A stretch of DNA of 64,000 bases from a virus (IMGVR_UViG_3300010340_001609:1-64000); one strand, 5' to 3'; counted from the first letter of the stretch, positions 31,733 through 42,383 are shown. Notes: generated from the letters alone by a model not told the origin. Translations and numbers: made by a program.

Positions 31733-33316
31733 TTATTCACCGTATATTTTTTCTGATTTCGCTTCAGCCGTATTGATATTATCAAGTGATGTTTTTATTG
31801 TTGACACTTTAGCTGTAGTCGATATTCCACTTGCTTGACTTGCTTGAATCGCAACAAGAGAAGATATTGGAGAAAATGGAATTGCTATACTTGTTTTGAA
31901 CGCAGTATCGTATGCTACCGCCATTGTCTGTAACTGTTCAGCTAGATTTTTTATTTGATTTTTTAATTCTGTTATATGCCTGTCATATACAGACCATTTT
32001 ATATAAGGTTCAGCTTCTTGTGTCGCCTGGCCAAAATATATTTTTTTACCTTCCAATTGAATTTTTCCTTCATTGTTCAGATATAAAAAAGAAAGATCTT
32101 CATTTGATTGACCTTCCTTTATCAATAAAATTGTTCCATTTATATTTTGGTTTTCAGATTTTCTGGCAATTAATCTTAGATGATCTGCTTTTGTTAAAAA
32201 ATAACTGTTTCCATACAGTTGATTTTCTAAATTTGGCTGTGTAACTGAAAGTGTATTGTCTGGATATCTAATTCCTCCATCAACAGATGAATCTAATTTA
32301 AAATTCAAATCTACCCTAGAATTCATTGTAAGATAAATTCTTGCTGCATCTGAGACATAATTTAAATTACCTTCTGATTTGTTGGATTCTTTGTTTCTTT
32401 GGAATGTAGTTTTATCGGTTTCTAAATCATTAAATTTATTTCTGACTAAAAATGGAGACGTTTTAGTCTCATCTGTTGTTTGAGTTGCTTCGACCTCTAA
32501 TGGAATACGACCGCGACCAGCAACAATATCAATTGTGCCAGAATTTAAAACAGGATCTTCTTCTAATTCTGATACTCTATCATTCCCTAACACTATTAAT
32601 GTATTGTTTGATCCTTGTAAAACAAAATCTTTTGGTCTTTTTTTGAATCTAGGAACTGGTTCAAATTTTTGTGTCTTAGCTGATTTTGAATTATCTCTTA
32701 TTGTTTTAAATGGGTTTTCGTTTGGTGAATTTGGTTGAATTGTATATCGATTAACAACATCAGCACCATTTGGAAATCCTGGGGTAAGATCTATTTGTGT
32801 TTGTGAATTTTGTCGATTAGATCTTACCTGTTCTAATCCCTCTTGAGTGTTTTTAATATCGAATGATCTGTCCGAATGAGTAAAATTTGCGTCTTCTACT
32901 GCATAATTTTCATGAGGGCGAGTTAACCAGCGACCCAGAGAACTTCCAAGATATTTGTAGTCTTCGTATAAAACAAATACAATTTCCCCTGCCTGTACGG
33001 GAAGAGAAAAGTGGCTTGAAAAAAATGGATATACAATAGAAGGTGTTGAGTCTATTAAATCTTGTCCATTATTTGAAATTCTAGCCAACAAGGACATTGG
33101 GGGCATCAAATCAACTACTTCAGGATTTGTTACCGCCGATTTTATTCTATCTTTTTCACTAGAAGTTAATATTTCTGGGTCGAAAAAAATCTCTTCCACA
33201 ACTGCCCTGAAAAATGTCGGGGAACCTCCATTTTGTTTTAAGGAAGATAATAATCCCCTACCAGATTCACCGACTCCACCAACTAACAATCTTGAAACAT
33301 TAATATTTTCAGTCAT
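31733..33316 (-). CDS. baseplate hub/central spike protein (gp5/gpV-like OB fold)
   Basis: YPFF..LPVQAGEIVFVLY OB-fold motif, DFVLQGSNNTLIVLG, AARIYL; upstream of gp25-like gene. Confidence 0.65.
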   Translation of the reverse strand: MTENINVSRLLVGGVGESGRGLLSSLKQNGGSPTFFRAVVEEIFFDPEILTSSEKDRIKSAVTNPEVVDLMPPMSLLARISNNGQDLIDSTPSIVYPFFSSHFSLPVQAGEIVFVLYEDYKYLGSSLGRWLTRPHENYAVEDANFTHSDRSFDIKNTQEGLEQVRSNRQNSQTQIDLTPGFPNGADVVNRYTIQPNSPNENPFKTIRDNSKSAKTQKFEPVPRFKKRPKDFVLQGSNNTLIVLGNDRVSELEEDPVLNSGTIDIVAGRGRIPLEVEATQTTDETKTSPFLVRNKFNDLETDKTTFQRNKESNKSEGNLNYVSDAARIYLTMNSRVDLNFKLDSSVDGGIRYPDNTLSVTQPNLENQLYGNSYFLTKADHLRLIARKSENQNINGTILLIKEGQSNEDLSFLYLNNEGKIQLEGKKIYFGQATQEAEPYIKWSVYDRHITELKNQIKNLAEQLQTMAVAYDTAFKTSIAIPFSPISSLVAIQASQASGISTTAKVSTIKTSLDNINTAEAKSEKIYGE

Positions 33317-33810
33317 TTTTTCTTAATTGGTTTGCTTTCATCATTTTTTTTAAAAAAATGATTAATCATAGATTGATTTTCTTCTTTTTCTTTTTCTTCT
33401 TTGGCTTTATCTACTAACTCTGCTAATTTAAGCAATTGTTGGTTTGATTTATTCATAATATCCATATAACGATGAAGTGTTTGTCCATTTTGAAAATGTT
33501 TATCTTCATTATCATAAGTTTTCACATATAGATCTAACCATAAAGCTAATGCATGTTTTCTATCTGTCATAGCATTTGAATAAATTAGTTTCCATAAGCT
33601 TGCCAATTTTGGATCTAACTTTAAATCTGTTAACAATGACGTAAAATCTTGCAGCCCATTTTTCACTTGTACAGCAACATCTTCAGAAAGTTCATCTTCA
33701 ATATTAGAAAGAAAGTTTTTTGCCTTTTCTGCTTTTTCTAAAGGTGTGTCTATTCTTTCTTCGGTAATTTCTTCGGAAAGGTCTGTTATTATAACATCTG
33801 TTTCTTTCAT
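33313..33810 (-). CDS. hypothetical helical phage protein
   Basis: 165 aa, translationally coupled to the sigma factor gene. Confidence 0.6.
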   Translation of the reverse strand: MKETDVIITDLSEEITEERIDTPLEKAEKAKNFLSNIEDELSEDVAVQVKNGLQDFTSLLTDLKLDPKLASLWKLIYSNAMTDRKHALALWLDLYVKTYDNEDKHFQNGQTLHRYMDIMNKSNQQLLKLAELVDKAKEEKEKEENQSMINHFFKKNDESKPIKKK

Positions 33811-34538
33811 AGATCCTCAACTTCTTTTTTTGTGGTTTTATATACTTTTTTAAGAGAAGATAATGTCGTTGAAAGTTGTTTGTTATTCATAAATGTAACT
33901 TCTCTTAAAAGAGAAAGAGCAGTTTTTTTAGTGAGTTCATCATAATGATCAATATTATTGATAATATTTTCAATATTCGCTAAAACGAGTTTTTCGTTTT
34001 CTGTTGTAACTTTTTTCTTCATTTCTGAAATAATCTCTTTTATTTCTCCATGTTTCTCATTTGAAATCATCGTATCTTCAGATGAGGGATCAATTTTAAA
34101 ATTTTCAATTAATTCTAATTCATGATTTGTGAATGCTTCTTTTTCTTCCATAGAAATAACTGAATGAACATGTTTTGTTGATGCTTTTGCTTCAACAATC
34201 AAAAAATTTTTTGCTACAACGTTATAATAAGAAAAAGCTTTGGAACCTTTTGTTTCATCAAATTTTGAAATTATTTGAAATAATTGCGCGACCGCTCTAT
34301 CTCTTAATTCTTCTTTAGATTCAAACGCTGTTTTATAATTGTATACGTTTATTAAATTTTCAACTAATTTTTTAAATGGATCATAAATTTTTTCAACAAA
34401 TATTTCATGTTTTTTTTCAATATTTTCTTCGTATTTATACGCTATCGCGGCGAGTTCTGTTTCTTTTGTGAAATAATTTGCACTTGGACCAGATCCTGGC
34501 TTTCTTTTGATTATCTTCTTACCACGTTTATTAAACAT
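33807..34538 (-). CDS. phage late-transcription sigma factor (T4 gp55-like)
   Basis: NYFTKETE at the N-terminus and region-2 motif KFDETKGSKAFSYYNVVAKNFL; no clear region-4 HTH. Confidence 0.75.
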   Translation of the reverse strand: MFNKRGKKIIKRKPGSGPSANYFTKETELAAIAYKYEENIEKKHEIFVEKIYDPFKKLVENLINVYNYKTAFESKEELRDRAVAQLFQIISKFDETKGSKAFSYYNVVAKNFLIVEAKASTKHVHSVISMEEKEAFTNHELELIENFKIDPSSEDTMISNEKHGEIKEIISEMKKKVTTENEKLVLANIENIINNIDHYDELTKKTALSLLREVTFMNNKQLSTTLSSLKKVYKTTKKEVEDL

Positions 34539-34893
34539 TTTGATTTCCTTTTGATAAAGACTTACTATTTCTATTATTCATTTTTGTTTTTACGTTTTTA
34601 TCAATTTCTTCTAAAAGTTGTATTATTTGTACAGTTGCATTTTTTGATCTGATACTTGTATCAATCATTGTTTTAAATTTTTGTCCTACTTCTGGCGAAG
34701 TCATAAAATATTCATTTTCGAGTACTAAAGTTGCTGCTTTTAAACTTTCCGAGTGCGCTAACATTAATTCTGGAAATGAATCTTCAAATAAAAAGATTAT
34801 TTCGGCCATATAAGAAACATTTTTAAACAAAAAATAACAACCAAAACCTAACACAACATTTAGCAATAAACTAATCAAAAGCAGAAAAACCAT
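34531..34893 (-). CDS. membrane-anchored hypothetical protein
   Basis: N-terminal hydrophobic helix VFLLLISLLLNVVLGFGCYFLF. Confidence 0.6.
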   Translation of the reverse strand: MVFLLLISLLLNVVLGFGCYFLFKNVSYMAEIIFLFEDSFPELMLAHSESLKAATLVLENEYFMTSPEVGQKFKTMIDTSIRSKNATVQIIQLLEEIDKNVKTKMNNRNSKSLSKGNQNV

Positions 34894-34898
34894 AATGA

Positions 34899-36089
34899 TT
34901 AAAATGATAAAAATAATTTATCATAATGTTTTTTGACAGAATCGATTGAAAATTTTTCTTTTATTTTAACTTTAAGTTCATTAGCCCATTCTGTAGGAAT
35001 TTTCGAATCATTATAAAATTTTTTCAATTTATACTTAACGTCAGCTTCTTTAGGTTCTGCCCATTTTGCATTTTTCATAAAAATATTTTTATCAACTCTT
35101 GATTCATGAATTTCTTTCAACTCATAATCAAATTTTATCCATTTTCCTAAATTAAGATATTCTGTATGCGCCGACCAATTTGTTGCTAAAACTGGCAATC
35201 CAAAAGATGCTGCATTTATAGCTGGGATGTTCCATCCTTCGCCCCTTGTTGGTGCATACAATGCTTTGATTGTTGGGTTTCCATATAAACCAACAATTTC
35301 ACTAGGTGATAAGTTACCATGGACTATTGAAATTCTCGGATCTTTTTCAGAGTCGTACCCGATTTCAATTAAGAGTTGTTGAAAAGTCGCAGCAATATTC
35401 CTTCGATCCATATGTTGAGCTCTTGCGGTAGATGTTTTGATTACAAGTCCAACATCAGGGTTTCCTTTAAATTCTTCAACAAACCATTTAATAGCAAAAG
35501 GAATGTTTTTTCGATCATTAAATGGAGAATTTCCAGTTAATTGTCCGAACAAAAGAAAGTTAAATTTAGAATCAATTCCAATTTCTAAAGGTTTATATTC
35601 AGAATCAAATGCTTCATCATAGGCTTCTGGAACTACTACTATTTTAGTTGAAATCTGTTTGCCTTGTTCCTTAGATGTTGTTTCAAATGTACTTTGGACA
35701 AATTCAGATGGAACAACAACCAAAGACATGGAATTAATAGAATCGATCCAATCTGGATTTGCCACTGTTGCTTCAACTCCAGCAGTTACTCCAATATTTA
35801 TTTTTGCAATATTTGGATTCCATTCATTTGGAAGTTGAACTTGAACAGAAAGATCGAAGGCGTTAAATTTTACGTATTGTTCATCAACCATTGATTGATA
35901 AATCCAACCGATTAAACCTGAATCATATTCGGTATCAACAATAGAATAACAATCTCCCCATGGAGTCAATTCAAATTTTATTTCAAATTTATCTTGATTA
36001 TCATAAAACCATTTTGCTATTTGTCTAGCATGTACACCATAACCAGAAGAAATTGTAAATGGACCTCTAAGAAGAACTTTTTTTTTCAT
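34899..36089 (-). CDS. glycosyltransferase family 4 (GT-B)
   Basis: SGYGVHAR, DRKNI, PTRGEGWNIPAINA..GLPVLATNWSAHTEYL. Confidence 0.85.
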   Translation of the reverse strand: MKKKVLLRGPFTISSGYGVHARQIAKWFYDNQDKFEIKFELTPWGDCYSIVDTEYDSGLIGWIYQSMVDEQYVKFNAFDLSVQVQLPNEWNPNIAKINIGVTAGVEATVANPDWIDSINSMSLVVVPSEFVQSTFETTSKEQGKQISTKIVVVPEAYDEAFDSEYKPLEIGIDSKFNFLLFGQLTGNSPFNDRKNIPFAIKWFVEEFKGNPDVGLVIKTSTARAQHMDRRNIAATFQQLLIEIGYDSEKDPRISIVHGNLSPSEIVGLYGNPTIKALYAPTRGEGWNIPAINAASFGLPVLATNWSAHTEYLNLGKWIKFDYELKEIHESRVDKNIFMKNAKWAEPKEADVKYKLKKFYNDSKIPTEWANELKVKIKEKFSIDSVKKHYDKLFLSF

Positions 36090-37390
36090 TTTTTCACCTT
36101 CGGAGTTCTAATTTTTATTTCTGAAACAATATTTTGTCTAGGAGAGTTAAAATGAATCATTCCCCATGTTTTTTCTTTTTTGCCGTTTTTCCATTCTAAA
36201 ATTAAATTTTCCAATGAAAGTTCCCATTCTGACATTACTTTTTCATGATTAAAATTTTCATCATTGTATTTTAATGCCTTGATTTTAATATCTTCCTTTT
36301 CTTCTGGGGTTAATGAATAAATTTTCATTAATCCATTTGCAAATTCTTGTTTTGAAAAGTGATCGTCATAAATATATGGCGTTGCTTGTGACCCAACTAA
36401 ATAACGTTCAACTGGATTAAGTGCAACCCCTAATTCATTACCATCCGAATCAATAACTTGTTCGGTCATTCCGCCTGTTTTAAGGGCTATTACAGGCTTC
36501 CCTAAAGTTAATGCGGTTCTTATAGATAAACCGAATCCTTCCGCTCTAGAAACGTTTATAACCGTATCTGCAATATTATATATTTTATTTAATTCAGGAA
36601 TGTCAATATGTTGAGTTGAATACATGACTCTATCATGTATTTTTAACATTTCTGCAACGGCCTCTAAATCTGGACCTTCTGGATCTTTGGGATTTGTATG
36701 CATTATTAACAATGCATTTCTGTGTCCTTTGGTTTTCTCCAAATTATCTAAAAATAGTTTAAAACCTTCCATAACATCTGAAGGCATTTTTCTATGAGCA
36801 TTTCTATTAACCCACAGTGCTATAAACCACTCTTTTCGTTCTCCTAGCGTGAGTTCTTTGAGTTTTTTTATTTCTGCATCTGGAAGTTCATAATACCATG
36901 ATTTTGGTAAAACATGTGGCAAATATTTTACTTTTGTTGGATATCTGTCTTTGAGAAGATTATAGGTTTTTTTTGAAATACAATTAATGACATTTGTGCT
37001 TTCATAAAAAATTGTATTATATTCTGGAAACGGATCATTGTCCCAAACATGCCAATAAACAATTGGACAAATTTGTTTTATCTCGTCTTCCATTTGCCAA
37101 ACCCAAACAAATTGTCTTGGATCAGTAAAAAGCATTAATGCATCTGGCTTTTCCGTTATTAACAATTGTCTTAACAATCCTGGTGTTCCAAATCCATCCA
37201 CAGGTTTTACAACTATATCTGGATGCAACATTTGCACATCGTAATTTGGATGTTTAATCGCTCCACCTAATTGTCTAAAAGTAAATTTACCTGTAGAAAC
37301 CAAATGCTCAACTAACATTCTTGACTGTCCACCAACGCCAGACACACATCTTAAATCATCAGATAAAAGTAAAATTTTAAATTTTTTCAT
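36086..37390 (-). CDS. glycosyltransferase family 4 (GT-B)
   Basis: LLSDD..SGVG, NRNAHRK, IYNIAD..SRAEGFGLS..GKPVIA..GGMTEQV. Confidence 0.87.
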   Translation of the reverse strand: MKKFKILLLSDDLRCVSGVGGQSRMLVEHLVSTGKFTFRQLGGAIKHPNYDVQMLHPDIVVKPVDGFGTPGLLRQLLITEKPDALMLFTDPRQFVWVWQMEDEIKQICPIVYWHVWDNDPFPEYNTIFYESTNVINCISKKTYNLLKDRYPTKVKYLPHVLPKSWYYELPDAEIKKLKELTLGERKEWFIALWVNRNAHRKMPSDVMEGFKLFLDNLEKTKGHRNALLIMHTNPKDPEGPDLEAVAEMLKIHDRVMYSTQHIDIPELNKIYNIADTVINVSRAEGFGLSIRTALTLGKPVIALKTGGMTEQVIDSDGNELGVALNPVERYLVGSQATPYIYDDHFSKQEFANGLMKIYSLTPEEKEDIKIKALKYNDENFNHEKVMSEWELSLENLILEWKNGKKEKTWGMIHFNSPRQNIVSEIKIRTPKVKK

Positions 37391-37431
37391 TTTATATTAG
37401 TTTGAAGTTTAATTAAAAAAAAATAAATTGT

Positions 37432-40400
37432 TTAAGTATGTCTTATTCTAGTGTCTGGTCTTTCAATTAATATTTTTTCTACTTCTTTAACACCCATATG
37501 TACAGATAAATTCACTTCGACTTTAAAATTTTCATTTTTAATTGTGTATGATGAATTTGATCCCAAGCCTAAATTTGAAGCTAATCTTTGTAAATTTGTT
37601 TGAATATTAATTGGAGATAATTTTGCAAGTGTTTTAGAAGTTTGATTAATAGTGTCCACCATATCTTTTATGGTATCGGAGGTGTTTTTTATACCATTTA
37701 TTCTGGCTACATTTTCTGCACTTGACAATTGACCTTCTAGTCGTTTTAAAAGCGGAGAATTTGTAAATTCAGTTAATGCAGCTAAACTATTTGTTAGTGG
37801 CATTAAATTAGAAACGGTTATTGCATCGGAATTTTTTATTGCAAAACGTTTTATTGAGGATACAGATTGAAAGATTTCTTTAATTGAACCAATTTTACTA
37901 GACATACCTTCAATATCAATTCCTGCAAGAGCTTGGTTAACTTGTATTTCAGAAGTCCTAAGAGTTGGTCCAAGTGTTTCTACAAATGTTGTTAATCTAT
38001 TAAAAGCTTGGCGTGCTTTATTTTGATCAATATTTCCAATTTCTGTTGCAGAATTAATGGATTCTCTTATGGAAGTTACTCTTTCAGAAATGCTATTATC
38101 AGCAATAGTTCCACTTGCAGATGCTTGGGATGAAATATTTGGATTTACAGATTCGACTAAGTTTCTTTGAATCACAGGACTGCTCGCCGCGGATTGATTT
38201 TCAATTTGTTTAATCATTTGAACCCCAGGATTTTTAGACGGCGGAGGCACTGGTATTTCCATTGGTTGAATCCCAAAGAATTGTCTTATTCTTGCTGGAA
38301 TTGCATTTATTAATGTGTTTAAAGATCTTCTAAAATCTCCACTAAGTTCAGTAATCAATCTCACAAATCTTTCTTTCAAAGATTTTAATGCTTTTGTTGG
38401 TCCATCAATTAAATCATTAAAAAATGTTCCAATCGTTAAAAATGTTCTTGAAATTGTTTTAAACCCAATTGCAAATATGTTTACTATAAATGCGAAGGCA
38501 GACGTTAGAATTCTTGCCGCTTTACCAATTAATCCACCTCCTAGTTTTTGTTCTATCCAAACACCAAAGCGATTCAAACCAGTTCCCAACGAAGTAAATA
38601 AAGATTCAAAAAGCCCCGAAACAGCCCCCGCAATCCACGTTGGGATAGTTCCAATTGCCGTTATAATTGGCCTTACTGCATTTCCAATAACCATTTTTAC
38701 TGTTGTTTCAGACATTACAGCACTTAGCAATGCTGTTTTAAGACCAGAAATTAAAATTCTTCCGAGGGACTCCGCAATTTTAATCATATGGGGTTGCGCC
38801 TTCTCAAAAGATTTTGCCAACCCATCCACAAACTTGTCCGCTGGCCTTGCATTTGATGCGGAATCAGCACCAGCAGATAAAGCTGTAGCGATCGTTTCAA
38901 AAATTGCTGGCATTTTTGCTGCAAATTTTCCGATGAAGAATTTTGCGCCCTCCCAAATCGCATCCCCAAATTTAGAAAGACTATCATATATTTTTCTTCT
39001 TGTTGGAGATCCTTCTGTTCCAAATACCTCAGTAAACATTTTGGAAATTGTTGATCCTAAAGTATCTGCAGAATTACTTAATTGATCACCAGCTTTATTT
39101 AATGTGTCATTTGAAAAAATGGATGAAATTAATGGAGCAACAACTTTTCCTAATCCCAAAAGTGCTTCTTTTATTCCGCTTAGAAAAATATAACCAACAG
39201 CTTTAAGAAAAGATTTAATTCCTGAAAAAACCTTAGACGCCCCAGGGCCAGCAGCGTTAAATCTATCTGTAAACGCAGCTTGAAGTTTTTCAAGAAGTTT
39301 TGGTAGAGCTGTCGTAGGATCTGTTGTCATTTGTTTGAAAAAATCTTTAAAAGCAGAAACAGCTTTATTCAAAAATGATTTCATCACACGAGGATTAAAC
39401 ATGTCTCTCAGACCACCAAAAAATTGCTTAACTCCTGGGAATAGCTGTTCAAACATTAACCCGACTTGCCGACCAGCGTAAAATGTCATCGTTAATGATC
39501 TTGCAAGGTTTCGCATTAATTCTCTAAATTCTTTTGACATTTTAATCCCAGAGACAAAACCTTGAAGGAATCTGTCGAAAAATCCACCCTGCATTGCAGA
39601 ACCAGATTTAACCAGTCTTTCAATTGCCCCAGCGAGTTTATTTAAAACTTGTTCTTGTGTAAGTTGAGATTTTTTTGCCGCATCTCCTTTTTTTCTAATA
39701 TCATCATATGACAATGCCCTGTTTTTTTGAGCAAATGCAAGAGCAATCTCAGAATCTCCAAGACCAGTTTGTTGAGCTAACAATCTTCTTTCTTGAATCG
39801 TCATATTTTCAACAGTTCTCCCTGTAGCAAAAAATGCTTTTCTTAACATTTCAAGTTTTTTAGCTGGATCTTGTTCCTGCATCATTTTAAAAGCATCAAT
39901 ATTTAATCCAAATGCTTGAGAAAGTTGAGCCGCACTATTTGCAGCATCTTCAAAATTCATATATTTATCAATTAATTTTCCAAGCGCCTTAACATCGATC
40001 CCTAATCTTCTTGCATAAACTGATGCTTGGGTAAGTTCCTTGACTGCAAGGTGTCCAAAGTGTTCAAAATCTGCCATCATGTTTCCAACGTCTCTTGAGA
40101 CAAGTTTCATTGAAACACCAAAGGCTTTGCTTAGTTGAATGGAAAAATTTCCAACTTGTCTGTTAATTTCATTAAGACTTTCACCAGTTGCTAAAGATCT
40201 TTGGGCCACTGCTTTTAACCCTTCATCTGTAAATCCCAAGCCTTTATTAAATGCTCCAAGCGCTTCAGCTTCAGTCACAGACAAGTTTCTAAAGACTGCA
40301 TCAATTGTTTCTCCAAGTTTTTGAGCGTATTCTCTGAAATACCTTAATCTTTCGACAAGGTTTCCAAACGTTCTCCAAACTGATAATCCTGTGTTGGCCA

Positions 40401-41028
40401 ATTGGCCTTTCATGTTTTTTGCAAGGTCAATTATTGTAACTCCTGCAGTTTTGTTCAAATAACCAAATTGTTTTCTTATTTCCTCAAGTTCTTGTGCAAG
40501 TTCATTACTCCCACCAGTACTTGACATTGAAATTAAACCTTCAAGAATTTTAAATGGAAATGCAAGCACAGATTTTCCAATTTCGAAAATACCACCACCG
40601 ATCCCAGAAATCATTTGTAGAGCTGCCTGACCAGTTTGTAAAACAAATGATAATGCTTTCCCAATACCTCCAATCACGGCAATCCCAGCACTCATCTTAG
40701 TTAATTCTTTTGAGGTATCACCAAAACTACCAGCCAAACCTTTACTTGAAGTCGTTGATTCATTTATTTTGGCAGTTGCTTTTTCCATTGAAGACTGAAC
40801 TGTATCGCCAACTTCAGAAGCTTTTGTTTTTGCCTCGTCAAAAGAATCAGCAAGTTTACCACCAGCTGAAGTTTTGTTAAGCATTTCATTCATTCTTTTA
40901 ATGGCAGCAGTCATGGCATCCAATATTTTTGTTTGTTTTCCATATTGGCTATTCATATTTTCAATTTTTTCAGAAGCTTCGTCTAAAAGCTTATTTAATT
41001 GAATTTGAATTTCTAAAGTACTTGCCAT
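37432..41028 (-). CDS. tail tape measure protein
   Basis: 1198 aa Ala/Gly/Lys-rich helical protein with periodic aromatic residues; SD-like AAGGAG upstream. Confidence 0.8.
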   Translation of the reverse strand: MASTLEIQIQLNKLLDEASEKIENMNSQYGKQTKILDAMTAAIKRMNEMLNKTSAGGKLADSFDEAKTKASEVGDTVQSSMEKATAKINESTTSSKGLAGSFGDTSKELTKMSAGIAVIGGIGKALSFVLQTGQAALQMISGIGGGIFEIGKSVLAFPFKILEGLISMSSTGGSNELAQELEEIRKQFGYLNKTAGVTIIDLAKNMKGQLANTGLSVWRTFGNLVERLRYFREYAQKLGETIDAVFRNLSVTEAEALGAFNKGLGFTDEGLKAVAQRSLATGESLNEINRQVGNFSIQLSKAFGVSMKLVSRDVGNMMADFEHFGHLAVKELTQASVYARRLGIDVKALGKLIDKYMNFEDAANSAAQLSQAFGLNIDAFKMMQEQDPAKKLEMLRKAFFATGRTVENMTIQERRLLAQQTGLGDSEIALAFAQKNRALSYDDIRKKGDAAKKSQLTQEQVLNKLAGAIERLVKSGSAMQGGFFDRFLQGFVSGIKMSKEFRELMRNLARSLTMTFYAGRQVGLMFEQLFPGVKQFFGGLRDMFNPRVMKSFLNKAVSAFKDFFKQMTTDPTTALPKLLEKLQAAFTDRFNAAGPGASKVFSGIKSFLKAVGYIFLSGIKEALLGLGKVVAPLISSIFSNDTLNKAGDQLSNSADTLGSTISKMFTEVFGTEGSPTRRKIYDSLSKFGDAIWEGAKFFIGKFAAKMPAIFETIATALSAGADSASNARPADKFVDGLAKSFEKAQPHMIKIAESLGRILISGLKTALLSAVMSETTVKMVIGNAVRPIITAIGTIPTWIAGAVSGLFESLFTSLGTGLNRFGVWIEQKLGGGLIGKAARILTSAFAFIVNIFAIGFKTISRTFLTIGTFFNDLIDGPTKALKSLKERFVRLITELSGDFRRSLNTLINAIPARIRQFFGIQPMEIPVPPPSKNPGVQMIKQIENQSAASSPVIQRNLVESVNPNISSQASASGTIADNSISERVTSIRESINSATEIGNIDQNKARQAFNRLTTFVETLGPTLRTSEIQVNQALAGIDIEGMSSKIGSIKEIFQSVSSIKRFAIKNSDAITVSNLMPLTNSLAALTEFTNSPLLKRLEGQLSSAENVARINGIKNTSDTIKDMVDTINQTSKTLAKLSPINIQTNLQRLASNLGLGSNSSYTIKNENFKVEVNLSVHMGVKEVEKILIERPDTRIRHT

Positions 41029-41044
41029 TTAAATTTCTCCTTGA

Positions 41045-41050
41045 TAATTA
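41045..41050. promoter_or_regulatory. candidate bidirectional late promoter TAATTA
   Basis: Palindromic TANTTA in the 31 nt gap between divergent tape measure and 41060 genes. Confidence 0.5.
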
Positions 41051-41059
41051 ATCAATATT

Positions 41060-41332
41060 ATGGAATCAGAACAAATAACCCCAATTGGAAAATTATTTTT
41101 TTCCTCGCTTCTATCATCAATCGTAAACGGGTCCGCGTTTAACTGGAAATTACAAGGCACTCCAGAACAAACCACTGATTTTATGAAAGTTGTCACTGCT
41201 GCAAAAGAAGCATATGATGAAACAAAAAAAGGTGAACAAACAACAGTTCAAAACCTTATTACAAAAATGAATGCAAAACAAGAAGCTTTGGCTGAATTTG
41301 AAAAGAAATACGGTATTAGATTACCTATTTAA
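41060..41332 (+). CDS. hypothetical protein divergent from the tape measure gene
   Basis: 90 aa; shares a palindromic TAATTA with the tape measure gene. Confidence 0.7.
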   Translation: MESEQITPIGKLFFSSLLSSIVNGSAFNWKLQGTPEQTTDFMKVVTAAKEAYDETKKGEQTTVQNLITKMNAKQEALAEFEKKYGIRLPI

Positions 41333-41340
41333 AAATCATT

Positions 41341-41598
41341 ATGATGAAAACTAAACTTACAAAACTTGGATTAGATTCTAAATCGGCTGCTGGGGAAGTT
41401 GCTAGTTTGGAAATCGAAGCTGACAAACTATCCGTTGCTGGCGTTGATATTGTTCTTGAACTAGAAAAACTAAAATCCAAAGTAAAAGAACAAGATGAAA
41501 CAATTTCTCTTTTATCTAAAGAAGTAGATAAACTAGAAAAAGATTTAGAAAAGTCTTCTAAAAAACAACCCAAAGAAAAAGAAGCTTCAAAAGAATAA
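41341..41598 (+). CDS. small coiled-coil protein
   Basis: 85 aa, K/E-rich heptads. Confidence 0.65.
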   Translation: MMKTKLTKLGLDSKSAAGEVASLEIEADKLSVAGVDIVLELEKLKSKVKEQDETISLLSKEVDKLEKDLEKSSKKQPKEKEASKE

Positions 41599-41599
41599 T

Positions 41600-41800
41600 T
41601 TATAATTCTTTTAATAGTTCTTTTATTTCATCTTTTGTCCATTCAAAAGAAATCGTTGAAAATACCTCTCCGTTGTTATAATAATAATCTATAACAACGG
41701 ATTTTTCTTTTGTGGAATCGTCTTCTAGCCAACGGATTGAAACCGTTGGAATTTCTCCATCTAATATATTTTTTTGTTTGATTATTTTCTTCTCGTTCAT
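41600..41800 (-). CDS. hypothetical protein
   Basis: Likely start ATG 41800 (MNEKK) right after the tdk stop. Confidence 0.55.
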   Translation of the reverse strand: MNEKKIIKQKNILDGEIPTVSIRWLEDDSTKEKSVVIDYYYNNGEVFSTISFEWTKDEIKELLKEL

Positions 41801-41801
41801 T

Positions 41802-42383
41802 TTATAATTTCCAACAATTAAAACATCTAGATTCATAGATATCTTCCCCACCAATTAATATTTGCGAATCATTTTTTATTTCATTTTTTCTAAAAGTTCT
41901 TGAAGCCTTTTGACAACCACATTTTTTACATGTGCCTTCTATTTTTTGTACACTTGTCGCCAATGATAGAATGGAAGGCATTTGACCGAATGGATTCCCT
42001 TTAGAGTCTAAGTCTAATCCAGCGACATGAATTGTTTTACCAGTGTTTAAAAGTCTTTTAATAAGATCAATAATTTCAATATTAAAAAATTGTATTTCGT
42101 CAATTAAAAATATTTCTGCACCAAAATTAATATTTTTCCACTCTTCTTTTGGAAGGTCCAACGATAAACATGCAACATATTCTTTATCTATTTCTTTTTT
42201 AGAGTGTGTTATTATTGAATCACTAGAATATCTATTATCTATAATAGGTTTTATAACTTGGATAGTTTTTTTGGCTACTTTATTATAATTCCAAACATTA
42301 TACAACGCCGTGCTTTTTCCACTATACATTGGTCCGCAATAAACTATTAATTGTGGTAATTCTGTTTCGTTTGTTCCTGTCAT
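41802..42383 (-). CDS. tdk: thymidine kinase
   Basis: GPMYSGKST, KPIIDNRY, IDEIQFF, AGLDLD..PFG, CKKC..RCFNC, IGG. Confidence 0.95.
   Translation of the reverse strand: MTGTNETELPQLIVYCGPMYSGKSTALYNVWNYNKVAKKTIQVIKPIIDNRYSSDSIITHSKKEIDKEYVACLSLDLPKEEWKNINFGAEIFLIDEIQFFNIEIIDLIKRLLNTGKTIHVAGLDLDSKGNPFGQMPSILSLATSVQKIEGTCKKCGCQKASRTFRKNEIKNDSQILIGGEDIYESRCFNCWKL

Noticed and set aside
38315-39085. 256 aa plus-strand ORF inside the tape measure gene
   Set aside because: Antisense shadow of a biased-codon gene; no motif or expression signal
41325-41573. Minus-strand 82 aa Ser-rich ORF
   Set aside because: Antisense to the better-supported coiled-coil ORF 41341..41598
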